In this document: positions 28,545 to 42,064 of the stretch, one piece after another | Layout: every line of letters starts with the position of its first letter | Position numbering within the stretch: position 1 is the first letter of the stretch | Source: Phoronis australis | Taxonomy: Eukaryota; Animalia; Phoronida | Assembly (NCBI GenBank): GCA_002633005.1 | Contig: NMRA01001012.1 | Span: 6,448 to 70,447 of the forward strand | Length of the DNA: 64,000 nucleotides | Reading direction: 5' to 3' | The notes under the pieces: generated by a model | Told to the model about the DNA's origin: nothing | The model's database searches: none | What the model saw: only the letters and a program-made list of their open reading frames with translations | Translations under genes and position numbers: made by a program

Positions 28545-29398
28545 CGGAGAATGCCACCCAGTTTATATCAATTCAGATCGAGTGGCTCCACTCGATAACA
28601 GCAGGTACAGCTCTTTTACCTGACGGCAGACGGAGGTGTTAAAATTAACTAATGACTTTAGAAGTTCGAATGCAGTCTGTTCCAGCAGTTCCCAACACGC
28701 TTACTGGGGTCAGCTTATCGCTTGAACTCATAGTTTTACACCAATAAATCATCAAAATTCGATGTAAAACCCTTGAAAATACATTATTAAACAAACGTTT
28801 ATTTTATTTTATTTCACTGTTTACGGATTTTTAAGTATTTGAACGTATTCTGTAGCTTAAAAAGTTCGGTAGGCCAATTTACCGCAAGGTCGGTCGCGGG
28901 AGTTTGGGAACTGTTTGGTAATAAATTCAAATTATTCTTTCGTGAAATACAGGCAGGAGAACATACATGTAGCTGCGTGTTGTAATTTTAAACTTGCGAT
29001 TTTTCAGTTCGAAGCACACCAAATGCTTGCTATGCAGGCCAGTGGCTCAGAACCCGTTCAGGTCCATCGCGGCCGGCCTGAAGACATCGCGAACATAAAC
29101 CAGCCAAAGTTAGAAACTAAACTTCCAGTAACGAAAACACTGTACTAATGAGCCAAAGAAAAAAAAACGGTGATTATTTTGGTGAATTAGCCGCAAAACT
29201 GCAAATCTACTTACTAGCTCGTCGGGAGCCCCGAAGTTAGTTTTCCTTTACACAGAACCGTCAGGGAAAAAGTTATACAGAAACAATGTATATGAATATC
29301 GAAGTAAAGAGTCCCCTAGCATCTGACCATAAGATATAAAATGGAGTTATTCCTTCACAACACCTTTCTGTCAGCAAACACTGAATTAGCATGCGCTC
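28545..29398 (-). mobile_element. Kolobok-like element, right-end fragment (inverted, diverged copy of 46376-47283)
   Basis: Begins TCAA|CGGAGAATGCCACCCA, a degenerate TTAA|AGGAGAATG. Extended reverse-complement similarity to 46376-47283. Confidence 0.75.
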
Positions 29399-29879
29399 AC
29401 ACCGCCTCGTTGTCAATTAGCAGGTTTATTGCATCTAAAGCCGGTAACCTAAATTCGAAGAAGTGTAGGCCCGTAGGCGGGGGGGGGGGTTCGCGGGGTT
29501 CGATCCAACTCAGAAAATGTCCATCCCCATCCTCTCCCTTAAAGACAGGATATAGGTGGACAACAGCAACGAAATCGTTGCAGCTATTTGTAGCAATGCT
29601 AACTACAAGGATAACTAATTTAGTAATCATTCTGAATTTGCTTCCCCTTCAGCGTGTAGCTGACAGGATTGTCCAGGCGATTAGAGGAGGCTTTATGTTA
29701 TTCATCGCCATTGAACGGGCGTGGTGGCTACACCTAGACCGGGATCGCAGAGCTTTTTGGGCACGAAAAGATAACCAATTTTCTTTGGTGCCACATTGCT
29801 CTATGGGTATCGTATCCTGATGCTCGGATATGGCCGTGTGGCAGGTTCGCTCTGGTGGGTGTGGTCAGAGGAGCCACGA

Positions 29880-30215
29880 GAATGACACTAAAAAATTGAG
29901 CTAGATCAACTTTTCTGGTAACCACTTCAAACTGCCTTGGAAACCTACTACGTAATCCACTGTATCAAAAGTAGTCACTGCCAGACAATTTCAGTGGTGG
30001 GGAGTGTCTGCCAGACGCTTATAAACAACCCTAGGTAAAAAATTGGGCTAGATCAATCCAAGAGGTAGGCCCAACTGCATGAAACCAATTGCAAAATATT
30101 CACCGTGAGCCCAGGTATCACGAATGAACACTGCCAGACAAATCTAGTGGTGGGCTAGCCCCGCCAGAATCGCCCGAATACCCGAGTTGAGGTAGATCAA
30201 CCCACCAGGTAACTG
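29880..30215 (+). repeat. Diverged ~140-150 bp tandem unit, about 2.5 copies
   Basis: Recurring AAAAATTGRGCTAGATCAA and CACTGCCAGACAA..AGTGGTGGG. Confidence 0.6.
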
Positions 30216-30674
30216 TTTGAAACCATAACTCAACATTACAACCTTACCAACCAATCAGTTCAATGGCTGCCATTTTTTCAAGCTTACACTAAGAAAATTC
30301 CGCCTTTCACTCGCATGATATTCTGGGAACTTGAGTGATCTTGCTTTGCGAGTTTCTCGAATCTACGGAACGCTCCCCTGTGACCGAAATATTTCTGTTC
30401 GTTAGGTGACAGATGATAACAGCGAAGAATGTATTGCCAAGAACTGTTCATCGGGACTCGGTCATTGTCTCAAAGAGTGTAATAGCAACGCCACCATGTG
30501 TGTCGGTAAGTTCAACCACAGACTCCAGTCTGCATAAAGAGATTTTACAACCGTATTGCGTTTAGGCAGGAGCCAGTTAGGTGAGGAACCAGCACTTCTG
30601 CCATTCTGAAATCGAAGCTGCCATGCATCATGTAGGCAAGGGCACTATCTCATCCATGATCATGAAGTGTTAAT

Positions 30675-33600
30675 GGGGCTATTCAGAGAATTCTCCTCGC
30701 GGTGTCGCTGCTGTACTAGTGGTGATTGAATTGCGCATGCGTCACTGTTTGCATGTAAACAACTGGTAAAAGATGGAATTGTTATCAAAATACGTCGTCG
30801 CGCTAAGCCTTATTACAGGTATTTTCCGTGGTGCACGTCTTCAACAGGTGGCCACAAATTTCCAAAAGACCTAAGGTTACTATATTCGTGGACAATTGCG
30901 GTCAAAAGGGTCAGCCAACTGATAAAAGTGTGCTGAGGCCCCTTGTGTACTCCAAGCATTTCCATTTACTTGGTAAGTGTTTAGCAATCAGTTTCTATCA
31001 ACATCGTTCGGTGATGTTATCCCCACCAGTTACTCCCACTGAATAACAAGACAAGTTTATTGATTGGAGCTAAGTGTTTCTTTTCGGAAACTCACCCGGA
31101 ACTCGGATGTCGGGTAGGCTAGCAGCACATATTCATATTGACCTGGGTGGGAGTGCTCCCAAAATAAGAGGTGTATGGTACGTGACGCTCAGAAGTCAAG
31201 GGTGACTTTTTCTCAGCAGTTTCTCTTCAAAGCTATGCTGTGCCCTACAAAATTCTCTAGATGAGTGAGTTTCCTTATTTTATAGCAGACCCCACCCCCA
31301 GGACTACCAGATTAGTTACCAAATTAACATGAATAAGCCTTTATTCAGTAAGTGTTGTAACATTGCATTGCAATATAAATATTTACACATAGAATGAATT
31401 TTGCTTGTTGAGATCAGAAGCACATTTTAAGTGTCATGAAAAAATACACATTGTTAAATCACGTTTAGCCCGCTTCACATATTTTGATTCAGATATTAAA
31501 TAAGACTTGGGTACAAAGATTATTAGTTTCTACATATAAACATGAAGATGAAACGTCAAGCATATTCTGCCTTACAAAAGTAATTTGTCTTGTGTTTTCT
31601 TTATAATTTGTTAATATTTCTCCCACTTTTCTGTTACAGGTGAGAGAGAACAACTGAAAGCAACCGCCTGACCATCTATTTTACCTTTGGACAAAGTGAA
31701 AAGCAATCCTTCAGCAATAACCTGAGAGAAATGAACCTAATTCATAAATTCAGCACTTGATATGCCCGATTAAGGACTCCATTGCAATGTCGTTTCTTTG
31801 TATGTATGTATGTGCTTGTTCAGTTTGCCATTTTGTTTTTAAATACAGTGATAATTGTTTATTCTGGAATCCCTTGCATAGCAGATACTTATCCAGTTAG
31901 CTACAATTGAAAACATAGTATTACTTTTCTTGCATGTGGAACTTTTGTTCATAGACAAGTTAACACAAACCATAAAATTGTTCAAAGGCCTTCTTGAAAA
32001 GCTCTAAAAATAATTACACACACAAACAAATCAAATGCAAACAAAGGGAATACTTCATTCTGATCGCTAGACATTTCTATAGGTCAACAGGAAAATGACA
32101 ATTCGCAAGCGTATTCGGTAATCACTTCAGCTTTATCAAGAATAAGCACAACTGCACTGTATGGGGCTTTAAAACTGAAGAAATATTGTGGTTTCAATAA
32201 TTAGTGACAAACTTGCCTGTTGATTAAAAATTTATTTGATTATCAAAGTGTAGCATTAACAGGCTTTCTACTGACAATAAGACGATCGATGCAGTTACTG
32301 AATGTCATTTAACCATAATGTGTACGAAATTGAAAAGTTTTTACCATCAGTATAAAGCCTTTCTTCTGATAGGAAAAGTTAATGTCACTCAGTGAGAAAG
32401 GACAGGTACTTATACCAGATACGTTTGGTTTTCATTTCACTGGGATCTAGTTTCAGTGGCCTATAGAAGCGCTTGTAAAAAGGTCCAGTTTCGGCATGTG
32501 GCTTTCTTTCACGTAACCTTATTCAGCCTCAATAACATCCACAATTAGACCCTTGAAGGTAATCATAACAGCAAATCACTTGAATCGTTTTGTGCCCAAA
32601 ATTGGACCCTGAACTAGACCAGACTGTCACTAGGTCTTCTTTAGCTTCAGTCCCTCATATTTCTTCCAGGAAAGGAAATAAGCTATTGTCCACACACGAC
32701 TCATTGCCTATTAAAGGGCATCCTCACCAACGAGGCTGACTTGTGTCGCAGTCAGATATATTTCCTCTTCATACACAAACAATCCACTGACACATTGTCT
32801 TATGGTAACTTAGTACTGCCATTCACATTTCTCCAGGGCCACTGTCTTCTACATTGTGCCATGCATCACTGCTGGTGTGTGGAAGTGCTGTGGGAAGAGA
32901 ACGGAGTAACAAAGCTTGTCTATGTTGCGGCTTGAAGTGGCCTTAAAATATCACTGAACCTGAAACGAATGTTGAAATACGAATAATTAAGCACTCCAGG
33001 TTGGGTCAAAAATGCTACCCCTGTATTTCAAAAATATGAAATGGTGACTGCTCTACAATTTCACATAAAATTAAATTGTTACTACTTTCAGAAACCAAGG
33101 GTATTTATAATAAGTATTGCATAAAACTAGGTCGTAGCCATAACAATTCTTTAAACGCATCCATTGTCTGCAAAACATACATTTTTTGCGACAACTTCAA
33201 GCCTTTTTTGCCCATTTCAAGCCCTTTTATTTTTGATACTTTCAGCAATTTTAAACTCCGATTACAAATTCATGGGTCTGTCAAGCATACTTCTAGTCTA
33301 AGGCTGAGGGAACGGTTTCTCAGACTTTTTATTTTTCTTCTATAATAGAAGATATTGAAGACTTGGGACATTTAAAAATGATTGACAATCTTTCTGTTGT
33401 TTAACAGTAATTACAAATCGTCAGGCACTATCAAAAATGCAATTTTCACAAAAATGGTTGTCATTTGAATTTGTAAACCACTTGCAACATTTCAAGGCAC
33501 GAGTTCAGACTATTCAGTCTCTGAGAATTCAGAAAATGTAATATATTTTTATGGGTTTACAATTGATAGCAAAACAGGTTCATGAAATAAACTTGAAGGA

Positions 33601-34520
33601 ACTTCATGAAGGTTAAGAATTACCTTACCATGCTCTTTCCCCCAGACATGTTTACCTGTTACTTCCACACATTCAGTTTCACCAAATCTTACAACCCCAA
33701 CCCCCTATGCCAATCCCTCGATAAGGAAATGAGTAAGTAAATTTAACAAAACGACTTACATACCTTTCTTTAAGAATAGCTGTTCCTTTTCAAAGGCTTT
33801 GTTCGTTGTCTCCAATATAGAAGGTAGGCATTGACAACAGATCTGCACTGGATGGGAGTTAAGATCTTGCTGAGCTACAGAAACCAATTTTTGTCAATTC
33901 TGGTACGGTGCAGCCCTCAAACAAAAAAACCAAAGGTCACGTGAAAACAGACATGATAGATTTCCTATTTCAACGTGTAATAGATTTCCGGAAGACATAT
34001 GATAGGAAGTAAACAAATAGTCTAATGCATATTTGCCATAGTGCTTGGATTGTAATCTTAACTCAATAACCAATATCGAGTTGACAGCATAAACATGCAG
34101 CATAGATTGATGTAACTGTCCCTGATAAACCTGTTAGAAATCATTCCGAACAATAATCATGTTCTGATGTACGAAAAGATCCCGAGTTTTAAGTCAAGTG
34201 TCTTAACACGCATCACAACAAACAAAGATTAACCCGACTGGTGACTGCCGCTAAGTCGACATCGGCGAGTACCTCAGTTAACAGGCATCAGTAGAATAAA
34301 CACAGAATAATGGATAAAATAATCACGAACCTTACCTTTGTATAAAGTCGTGCTTACTTCCTCTCATAGAAGCACCCTTTTTCCGCAATCTCAGATTCAG
34401 TTGGCACGGCTGCAAGCCATTTCATCATGTATTTAAAGGGCTCGCGAAATCGAGGCTGCTTAATCTATCACCACTAGTACACACGCGCCCTCTAGTTATT
34501 GTAAATTTCCGAATAGCCCC
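30675..34520 (+). mobile_element. ISL2EU (PIF/Harbinger-related) DNA transposon relic with convergent THAP and SAP-YqaJ genes
   Basis: TIRs GGGGCTATTC / GAATAGCCCC with subterminal GTACTAGTGGTGAT / ATCACCACTAGTAC and AT target duplications. + strand THAP relic (PWC..HKFPKD..W.IAVKR..SKHF, ~30810-30970). - strand SAP exon LRLRKKGASMRGSKHDFIQR (~34337-34420) and YqaJ relic VQGPILGTKR..ITFKG..MPKLDLF (~32440-32960). Confidence 0.75.
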
Positions 34521-37500
34521 ATTGTTTTAATAGTCACCGTTCACATACTTTGGCATGTAAGCTCACTGTTAAGATTCCTAGACCCCTATATATTGTTTTA
34601 CCTAATAACAGTTTCTAATTTTAAATGAAGCATACATATACAAGAAAACACGGTATTTGTGTTTTTCTTTCGTAATTATCAATAATTCGTACATTCAAGT
34701 GACTTAGCAAAGAGGGCAGAAAAGCGGACGATTTTGCAACAATGCAACTTACTTTTAAGTCACGATGCACATAATCAAAAACGTGTTTGCATAGTCAACT
34801 TACATTACGTGAATAGGAAATATTTTGACTACTGCGTGGATGGGGAATTGAGGAAGCCTACGTGCAGTTTATCCGGCAAGATGAGACTGGAGACAAGGCC
34901 AAACTAGGGATCGAAATCTAAACAGTGCACTATCGATGTTTATTGAAAAGGCGTTTATCACTTTTATCTATTTTAAACTTGTTTGGGGGAATTAGAATAA
35001 AAGCGTCGCAGGTAAAGCCCTCTCGTCAATGCAAAACTCGTCGAAATAATATCTGCAAATGAAGTAACTTGCAAGGCATGGCGCCCGTCACTGACAGACT
35101 TGTCCAATACTCTTATGTCGTTCACATGTTTGTTCAATGTGCCATTTTTTAAGTTCTGGCGAATGACGAATGCCTTCTCCCGTGGGAAAACAATTGTCAC
35201 GGCGCGACTGGAAATGCTGCTGTCACAACCGTCACTACCACAGTGTCTCACAATTGTCATTATTTATTCAAAAATACAAAAATATCGATCAACCTCAGAC
35301 AGACAACAATGGCGAATGGCGTTAGCACCATCCGAGGCATTGCCTATCGACTTGCTATCAACAACATATACGAACGTGTAAGACGACTATAATACTTATA
35401 CCATATCAACGTGCTGATTTATAGCAGCTCAATTATACATAAGTTTATAAGCATTTCATAAGTTTACAGTTTAAGAGTTACACTGATATTTTTTTGAAGT
35501 GATTAAGTTTGATATTCCAGGGAGTCTGGCCTTTCGTTAAGATATCCCACACTCTTTTCTTACAAGGAAGAGTGGATAATTTATCTTTTGGGAACAATGT
35601 GAACTTTCATTAGAAATGTCAGTTTAGTATGACATAGTATGGGTATTGTATTACTTTAAAAAGCAAGTGCTTTTACATGTAAATCGTGACATGTTTCATG
35701 GGAACTGCCCCAGAGTTTCTGACGTTTATTCTCAAATAACCAGCTCACAGCTGCATTCACAGGAAATCAGTACAGAGTTACAACAAAAGCTGGAATAGTA
35801 CAGAAACCATACGAAATCGGAGAGCAGCAACGAATCAAAACAGAAGTGACAAGCATTTGCGTTTTATCTCTGCATTTAATGAAGATCGTTTCCGAGTAAT
35901 ATGAATTGCCTGACGGTAACCATTAGAACCACTGACAAAAACGTCAAAGGAGTGCGCTCCGGATACTAATTGCAGGCGTCATTGCTCTGAAAAGACAACG
36001 CATGGAGGAATTAAGTTTTGTATCAAGTCATGTGATTCTGATGACTTATCTTAATGTCAGCTTAAGACAGAATGCCATCCCCCAATGTCAGAGGAAAAAC
36101 AAAAGTCCTGTCCAGGTTTGAGCTCTCCATTGTGTCGGAGGTAGAAAATGCATTGCATGACTGACCTACTTTTCAAAGTATTCTGAGTAGAATAGCACGG
36201 AGAGATCAATTCATAAAACACTGACAAACTTATTATCTTATGCGCACGGGACTCTTTTGTTTCATTAGTAGTAGGATTGGAGCATTTTAGAGGTGCTAAT
36301 AGGACTTTCCAAACCCGGTTGAAGAATTTTATTTGGTCATAGAATTTTTATTTGAAAAGCAAAATTTTGGAAATGTTAGGACTTATGATGAAACTTTAAA
36401 TTTCATTTGTCCGGATTACAAACATTTGAACTTATAATTGTATAAAAACAACCTTCACACCCCTTTTATATTCCTGTTCCATGTTTTCGAGCTTAAAACG
36501 AGTAGGTAAACTGACGCTGAAGTGCAAGATAGATTTTGCGTAGGTCTGGTGGTTATTTCTCGAGCATTAATGTTAACTTTATTTAAGAACTTAACGTTTT
36601 ACGAGCGTTCAATTTACTTAAACACGGATGTGAGTTCGGCAAAATCGCCGATCCATATCCCGACAAAATGTACGCATTCTGCTGAGACAGTACCACCGCC
36701 TGATCAGGGCCGGCAAAGATCGCTCATTTGAATTATTCGCCTGCTACACTATGACTGCAGTTCTTCGTAAGGACAGGAGTTCATGAACCACTATCGTTGG
36801 AAAAATTCACCGGATAATTTTCACCAAGCAGAAGTAAATGAAAATGGATATTTGAAGAAAAAATGAACTAGTACTTGAACCTCTCTGGTTCCCTGCGTGT
36901 AGATAACTCGCAGGTATCATTCAGTAACACACGCTTTATCACCGCTTGATGTAACCTCGGCTATTTTGGTTGGCTTTGCAACAAAGAAAGAAAATGTCGG
37001 ACTATCATCGATTTTTAGATTTGTCTTGCAAGAGGCAAAACTGCAACTATTTCGTTTCTGCAGTATTGTTCAATAACCGCGTGCTTCTAAAGCACATGCA
37101 TGTACATGTACGATAAATACACATCTGGCCCGTTTAACTGGTGTGTTATTTATTTTGTTGATGGAAAGCTGACAAATATATCATCGTATTTAAATATGTA
37201 ATGTTGAAAACACAGAACCTGTGAACATCCGGAGTCTCGGAAGTTAGCTGTGTGCCAGCGTGCCAATTGTATTTTATTCCATTTCACAGTCGCTCTTGTC
37301 CCCCAAAACTGCAAACGTTTGAAAATGCTTAGGCGGGTGTTGCGCTGTTTTGCTGCAAACAATTCTCTTCGTAACGATCAACAAGGGTGATCCATAACGT
37401 CTCTTGTGACATTATGAGTCCGAAGAACATAAAATGCATGAATTATATAGTCGTGATAATTGGTAAACTTTGTCTATTCTCAACTGTGTACATTTTTTGC

Positions 37501-38689
37501 AGCTAAACTACAGGACTGCTCTGAAATCCCTGTCTCGAACATGCGGCATTTCTATTGGAAAGATTTTGAAAATTACAAAGATTCAGGGACTTTGTTGGTA
37601 TGTTCTCTTAAGGCCTGCGGGCATGATAATTTCAATTCTGTCATTGAATCTGCTGTGAACTGTTCTACACATCTTGTCTGTTTTCTTTAACAACAACTGT
37701 TTCAAACATGACAAAGGGTTAAATTTTCCCATCCTGTGAGTTGTTTAGGTGACGACCGGAAAATAATTGGAAGTTTTGGGCTGGCGTCGTCGATCGAGCA
37801 ATGCATATGAGCACGTTGTTTAATATCCATAGGCGATAGGTGTCCTGCAGATTTCTGTCCGATTTTAAGCTGTCAGCTGACCTCAGCTGCCATTGTTCAA
37901 CATCCGGCCGGCGTCAGGCAGATTTATATTTGATTGTCTTCTAAATCATGTTGCAAAGGGTTGAACGAGCACCGGTTTCGCATCATATAAGTGTAGGCGC
38001 CACCTTCACTTTGATAAAAAATCTACCCGATAATACGCAGCGTTCTACTAGTTCGCGCCACGAACGCAATCGGCCAAACATGGCCCTATACATGTGATTT
38101 ACGAATATCCCAAAGGTTGGGCGATGTTCGCCAACACGCAGGGCATAGACTGATTGAACAATTTTATCGGATCAGCAAAACAGCGGTGGAATAGAGATTC
38201 CGAGGATGTATGGATGAGTTTCCGGAGAAAAGGGTTTGTACAACCGATAATTTATTGACTGAAAGATCGCCAATATTCATAATCAGTAAAAACCTGTGCA
38301 TTGTTAGAAATAATTGAAAATTCTGACTTATGAATCGCTGCACATCGGCATATGTTGGTTATTATATCTGATATTGATCGGCTAACGTCCTCAGAATACT
38401 CTGACGAATTTATAGTTAGTCGACCTAAGTCAACAGCAAAACGAACGACGTCAAGTCAAAGTCCGGTAAATGACTGCCTGATTTGTTAGCCATGTCATCT
38501 CATTTCTTGTTTTGATCCTGCACGGTGCAATTCTTCCGTTGAAGACCACAGGTTTGACTCCTAGTGGTGACCGACTCTTTTCAACCACTGTCCTCAACAA
38601 GTCGAAGTTCATATGAATATGTAAATCTTAAACTTGCGTGGAAATCTATATCGCAAACATTTTTAATTCTTGTTTGCACGTCACCTGTT

Positions 38690-38790
38690 GGCCACTGACA
38701 GAAAACAATCTGCCCCGACCGGCCCGGACTCGAACCCGGAAGTTTGGTATTTTGAAAGACAATGAAAGAGAGAATAGTATCTTGTAGTAC
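38690..38790 (-). mobile_element. Possible tRNA-derived SINE head relic
   Basis: B-box GGTTCGAGTCC on the minus strand (~38727-38737). No clear A-box or cloverleaf. Confidence 0.3.
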
Positions 38791-40155
38791 TTCCCAAAAT
38801 CTACCAGCAGTCGACATATATAATCATTTTTACCTAGAAACTCATTGTATTGGTGTTGAATCATTAATTGGGCTATTAGAGTCCCTGTCACATAGTTAGC
38901 ACGACACATACACGATATGGTTGCGACACCAAGCAGGAAAATTATGAAACGGTCGTAAGACTGTAGTACGACATTTTGGAACTTTACGATGCTAAATTTT
39001 CAAAATTGCTGTCGTTTAATGATGTGCGACAGTTATACGACGGCAGAACACCTGGTGTAGGACAATTGAGAGCCTCAAATTGGTAAGAATGTCATGCGAT
39101 CTTACAATCGTCTTACGTAAGACGTACGATAGTCGAAAAATCGTTTCACCATCGTACGCTGTTTTGAATACACGTTACGAATACATATTCAGGGCACTTG
39201 GACTGGCCTGCTCGTACGCGGCTCTGGCAGGCTCGCAAACGTTTTCTTTTGCGTACGCTATTCTCCTGAGGACCGCTTTCCCCCTTTTTGTAGATATGTT
39301 TCTTTATTCCTGGACGGACCAACCTTCTTCCCTCACAAATTTTCAATGCCCGCGGTGTTACTTCCCACTCAAGGACAATTTCGTGGAACGAGCTCCTAGA
39401 TTATTTTCGTTGCTGTTTCATAATGTCTTCAATAAAGTACGAACATCGTAAAACAAATTGAAACTACCTGTCTCTCACTACTTACTGTGAATGTTATCAG
39501 ATCTATCAAAGTTCATTGTGCCAGAAGTAGGCCAACGCTCGTTTTGCATTGCTGCTCTATCAGCCGATTTCATAAAGGTGGTTTAAGGTTAGACATGGTT
39601 TAACTGAACTTAGTGCAGTTTTAAAGCTGCATTTCACAAGGGTGGCTTAACTTTTAGAACAGTGGTCTAGTAAAACCTGATTTAACCCCAGTTTAGACCT
39701 GGTCTAATTCATTTTTCATTTCTCCAACGAGGTCTATACTCCTTAGACCTACCAATAATAAGATCTTAAACCAGGTTTAACTTTAGACCCAGGTTTATCT
39801 GTTAAGTATGGCAGACTTATTTGATATAGGTGCAACTGAATAATGCCGCCGTGTGAATAACGACGCAATTTTAGAGGGCTTTTAGAGGGGGGTCAATGAA
39901 GGACATTTTTAAAGGGGTGACCAAGTCAACAAGTTGAAAATTATAGATGTGATATCACTAAAATCAAGGGAAAAGGGGCCCTTGACTCCCTTGGATCAGC
40001 CTATGCGTAGACCAGTACGTGCTGGATGGTGTCCTGCGGATTCCTCAGAATACAACTGGTCGAGCAGCGCGTCATCTTCGTAAGTGCTACGGGTTTGATT
40101 GAAGATAGCATCTTCTGATTGTTCTGAGTTCCACCTACATTGGTCTCCGACTTAA

Positions 40156-41547
40156 AGGCGAAGGCAACCTTTTTTCATGTCATTTTGAGCTAAAATAAAG
40201 TTGGTTGATTATCCTAGACATACTTTCCACTTAATTACAGCTTTTCGTAATTTTGTTAATTACTCGTCCGCTACTCCGGAAGTGACGTTTTAGGAGGCAA
40301 GCATTTCGCGCCAATTTCTTTTCATATAGTCTGACTGTGAGAGCTGCCGAGTAAATCATTGTTCTACCTCGGTTGTGTTAAGTTACGCCGTCGTTTGCTT
40401 TCATTTACTAATCGGTCAACATGCCACACTGTTGCTGCGTACCGGGATGTAATAATTATCGTCTCACGCGCGCTTTGGGAGAACCTTAGCATCGCTTTCC
40501 GATGGATGACACACTTCGCCGTACTTGGCTCGTTCGTGTGAAGAACGCAGAGTTACCCGTCCACGCAACGTACGAAGCAGTCGAGAATTACCGTGTGTGT
40601 GGCAAGCACTTTCTGCCGTCCGATTACGAAAGGGATTTGTACGCTTAACTGATGAAGGTCCCTGCGAAACAACGCCTGATGAAGGATGCCATTCCGTCTG
40701 TGTTAATTCCCGGCAGTGCCCCGTCGCCACCCCCGAGAAGTGCGTTTTTGAAGAGAGAAGCCTCGCGAGCTGTGGCCAGTACAGTGACTGGAGCCAGTNN
40801 NNNNNNNNNNNNNNNNNNNNNNNNNNNNNNNNNNNNNNNNNNNNNNNNNNNNNNNNNNNNNNNNNNNNNNNNNNNNNNNNNNNNNNNNNNNNNNNNNNNN
40901 NNNNNNNNNNNNNNNNNNNNNNNNNNNNNNNNNNNNNNNNNNNNNNNNNNNNNNNNNNNNNNNNNNNNNNNNNNNNNNNNNNNNNNNNNNNNNNNNNNNN
41001 NNNNNNNNNNNNNNNNNNNNNNNNNNNNNNNNNNNNNNNNNNNNNNNNNNNNNNNNNNNNNNNNNNNNNNNNNNNNNNNNNNNNNNNNNNNNNNNNNNNN
41101 NNNNNNNNNNNNNNNNNNNGTCCGTGAAAAAATTCCTCGTCACCACTGCTGTGAACAAGGTCTCCGTCACTCACACTACTGTCACTGTGATACGGGTCAC
41201 CGACTCCAGCCATTTTCAGCTTACAACACAATAAACAATCCCTAAATCCAACGTAGTTGAGTTCTCTACTAACCTATCTTGCCGCAGAATACTCGCCGAT
41301 GGAAAGTGGTGGTCACAGTTGTTGAAAAACAGCACAAAACAAAAGTAGAATAGAATAGATTCGCACGGTAAACTCAACGCAAAACCAAGTGGCGGGAAAC
41401 GTTTGCCTCCTGAAACGTCACTTCCGCAGTGGAGGACGAGTAATTAATAAAATTACGAAAAGCTGTAATTAAGTGAAAAACATGTCTAGGATAACCAACC
41501 AACCTTATTTTAGCTCAAAATGACATGGACAAAGGTTGCCTTCGCCT
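40156..41547 (+). mobile_element. Kolobok DNA transposon with THAP relic (contains an assembly gap)
   Basis: TTAA|AGGCGAAGG...CCTTCGCCT|TTAA with ~160-bp TIRs. THAP from 40421 reads MPHCCCVPGC..HRFP..W..RVCGKHF..L.KDAIPSV with two stops. A convergent acidic ORF start MAGVGDPYHSDSS lies on the minus strand. Confidence 0.88.
40799..41119. other. Assembly gap (N run)
   Basis: Read directly. Confidence 1.
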
Positions 41548-42064
41548 TTAATGTTACCATGAAGGGTTCTTGTACCCCATTAGCCGAGAAAAATAAATAC
41601 TAAAATGGCACGGAAATAAATTTGGACATTTATCATGTTGCGGCTAATCGTGAGCATGTACTTTAATGAGTGAACGTGTGTTGGACACAAACATTACATT
41701 TTTCTTCACGACAAAAGCTTTTAGACCTTTTTCGCAAATGTCTGCACTGATTCTACTAGAGTGTGTCATTGTATACCCACGTTGAAGGACTTAAATAGTT
41801 TCTTTGTTGGGTTAATCCAGATCGACACAACATCAGGGTGGTTTAGATACTTTAAACCTGATTTTACTAAAACTGCTCCCTGGTCGAAAAAAACAGGATT
41901 TTATACTTTTAAACCTCGTTTGTGAAGGTCTAAATTTAGACCAGGTTTAGGAAGACCTGGTTTTGTTAAACCACCTTTATGAAATCGGCTCTATTTGTTT
42001 ACGAGCAGATAGCCCTTGATTCACATGACCCATAAGGTTAGGCCAGTGAAGATTTCAATGGGAA

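Larger units (their letters stand above)
39561..41991. mobile_element. Non-autonomous Harbinger-like TIR element hosting the Kolobok insert
   Basis: 24-bp TIRs AGCCGATTTCATAAAGGTGGTTTA / TAAACCACCTTTATGAAATCGGCT, TAT on both flanks, and subterminal TTAGACC/GGTCTAA repeats. Confidence 0.7.

Noticed and set aside
29078-29100. CTGAAGA..GAAC resembling a minimal hammerhead in the Kolobok repeat
   Set aside because: It lacks the GAAA core and has no supporting stems.
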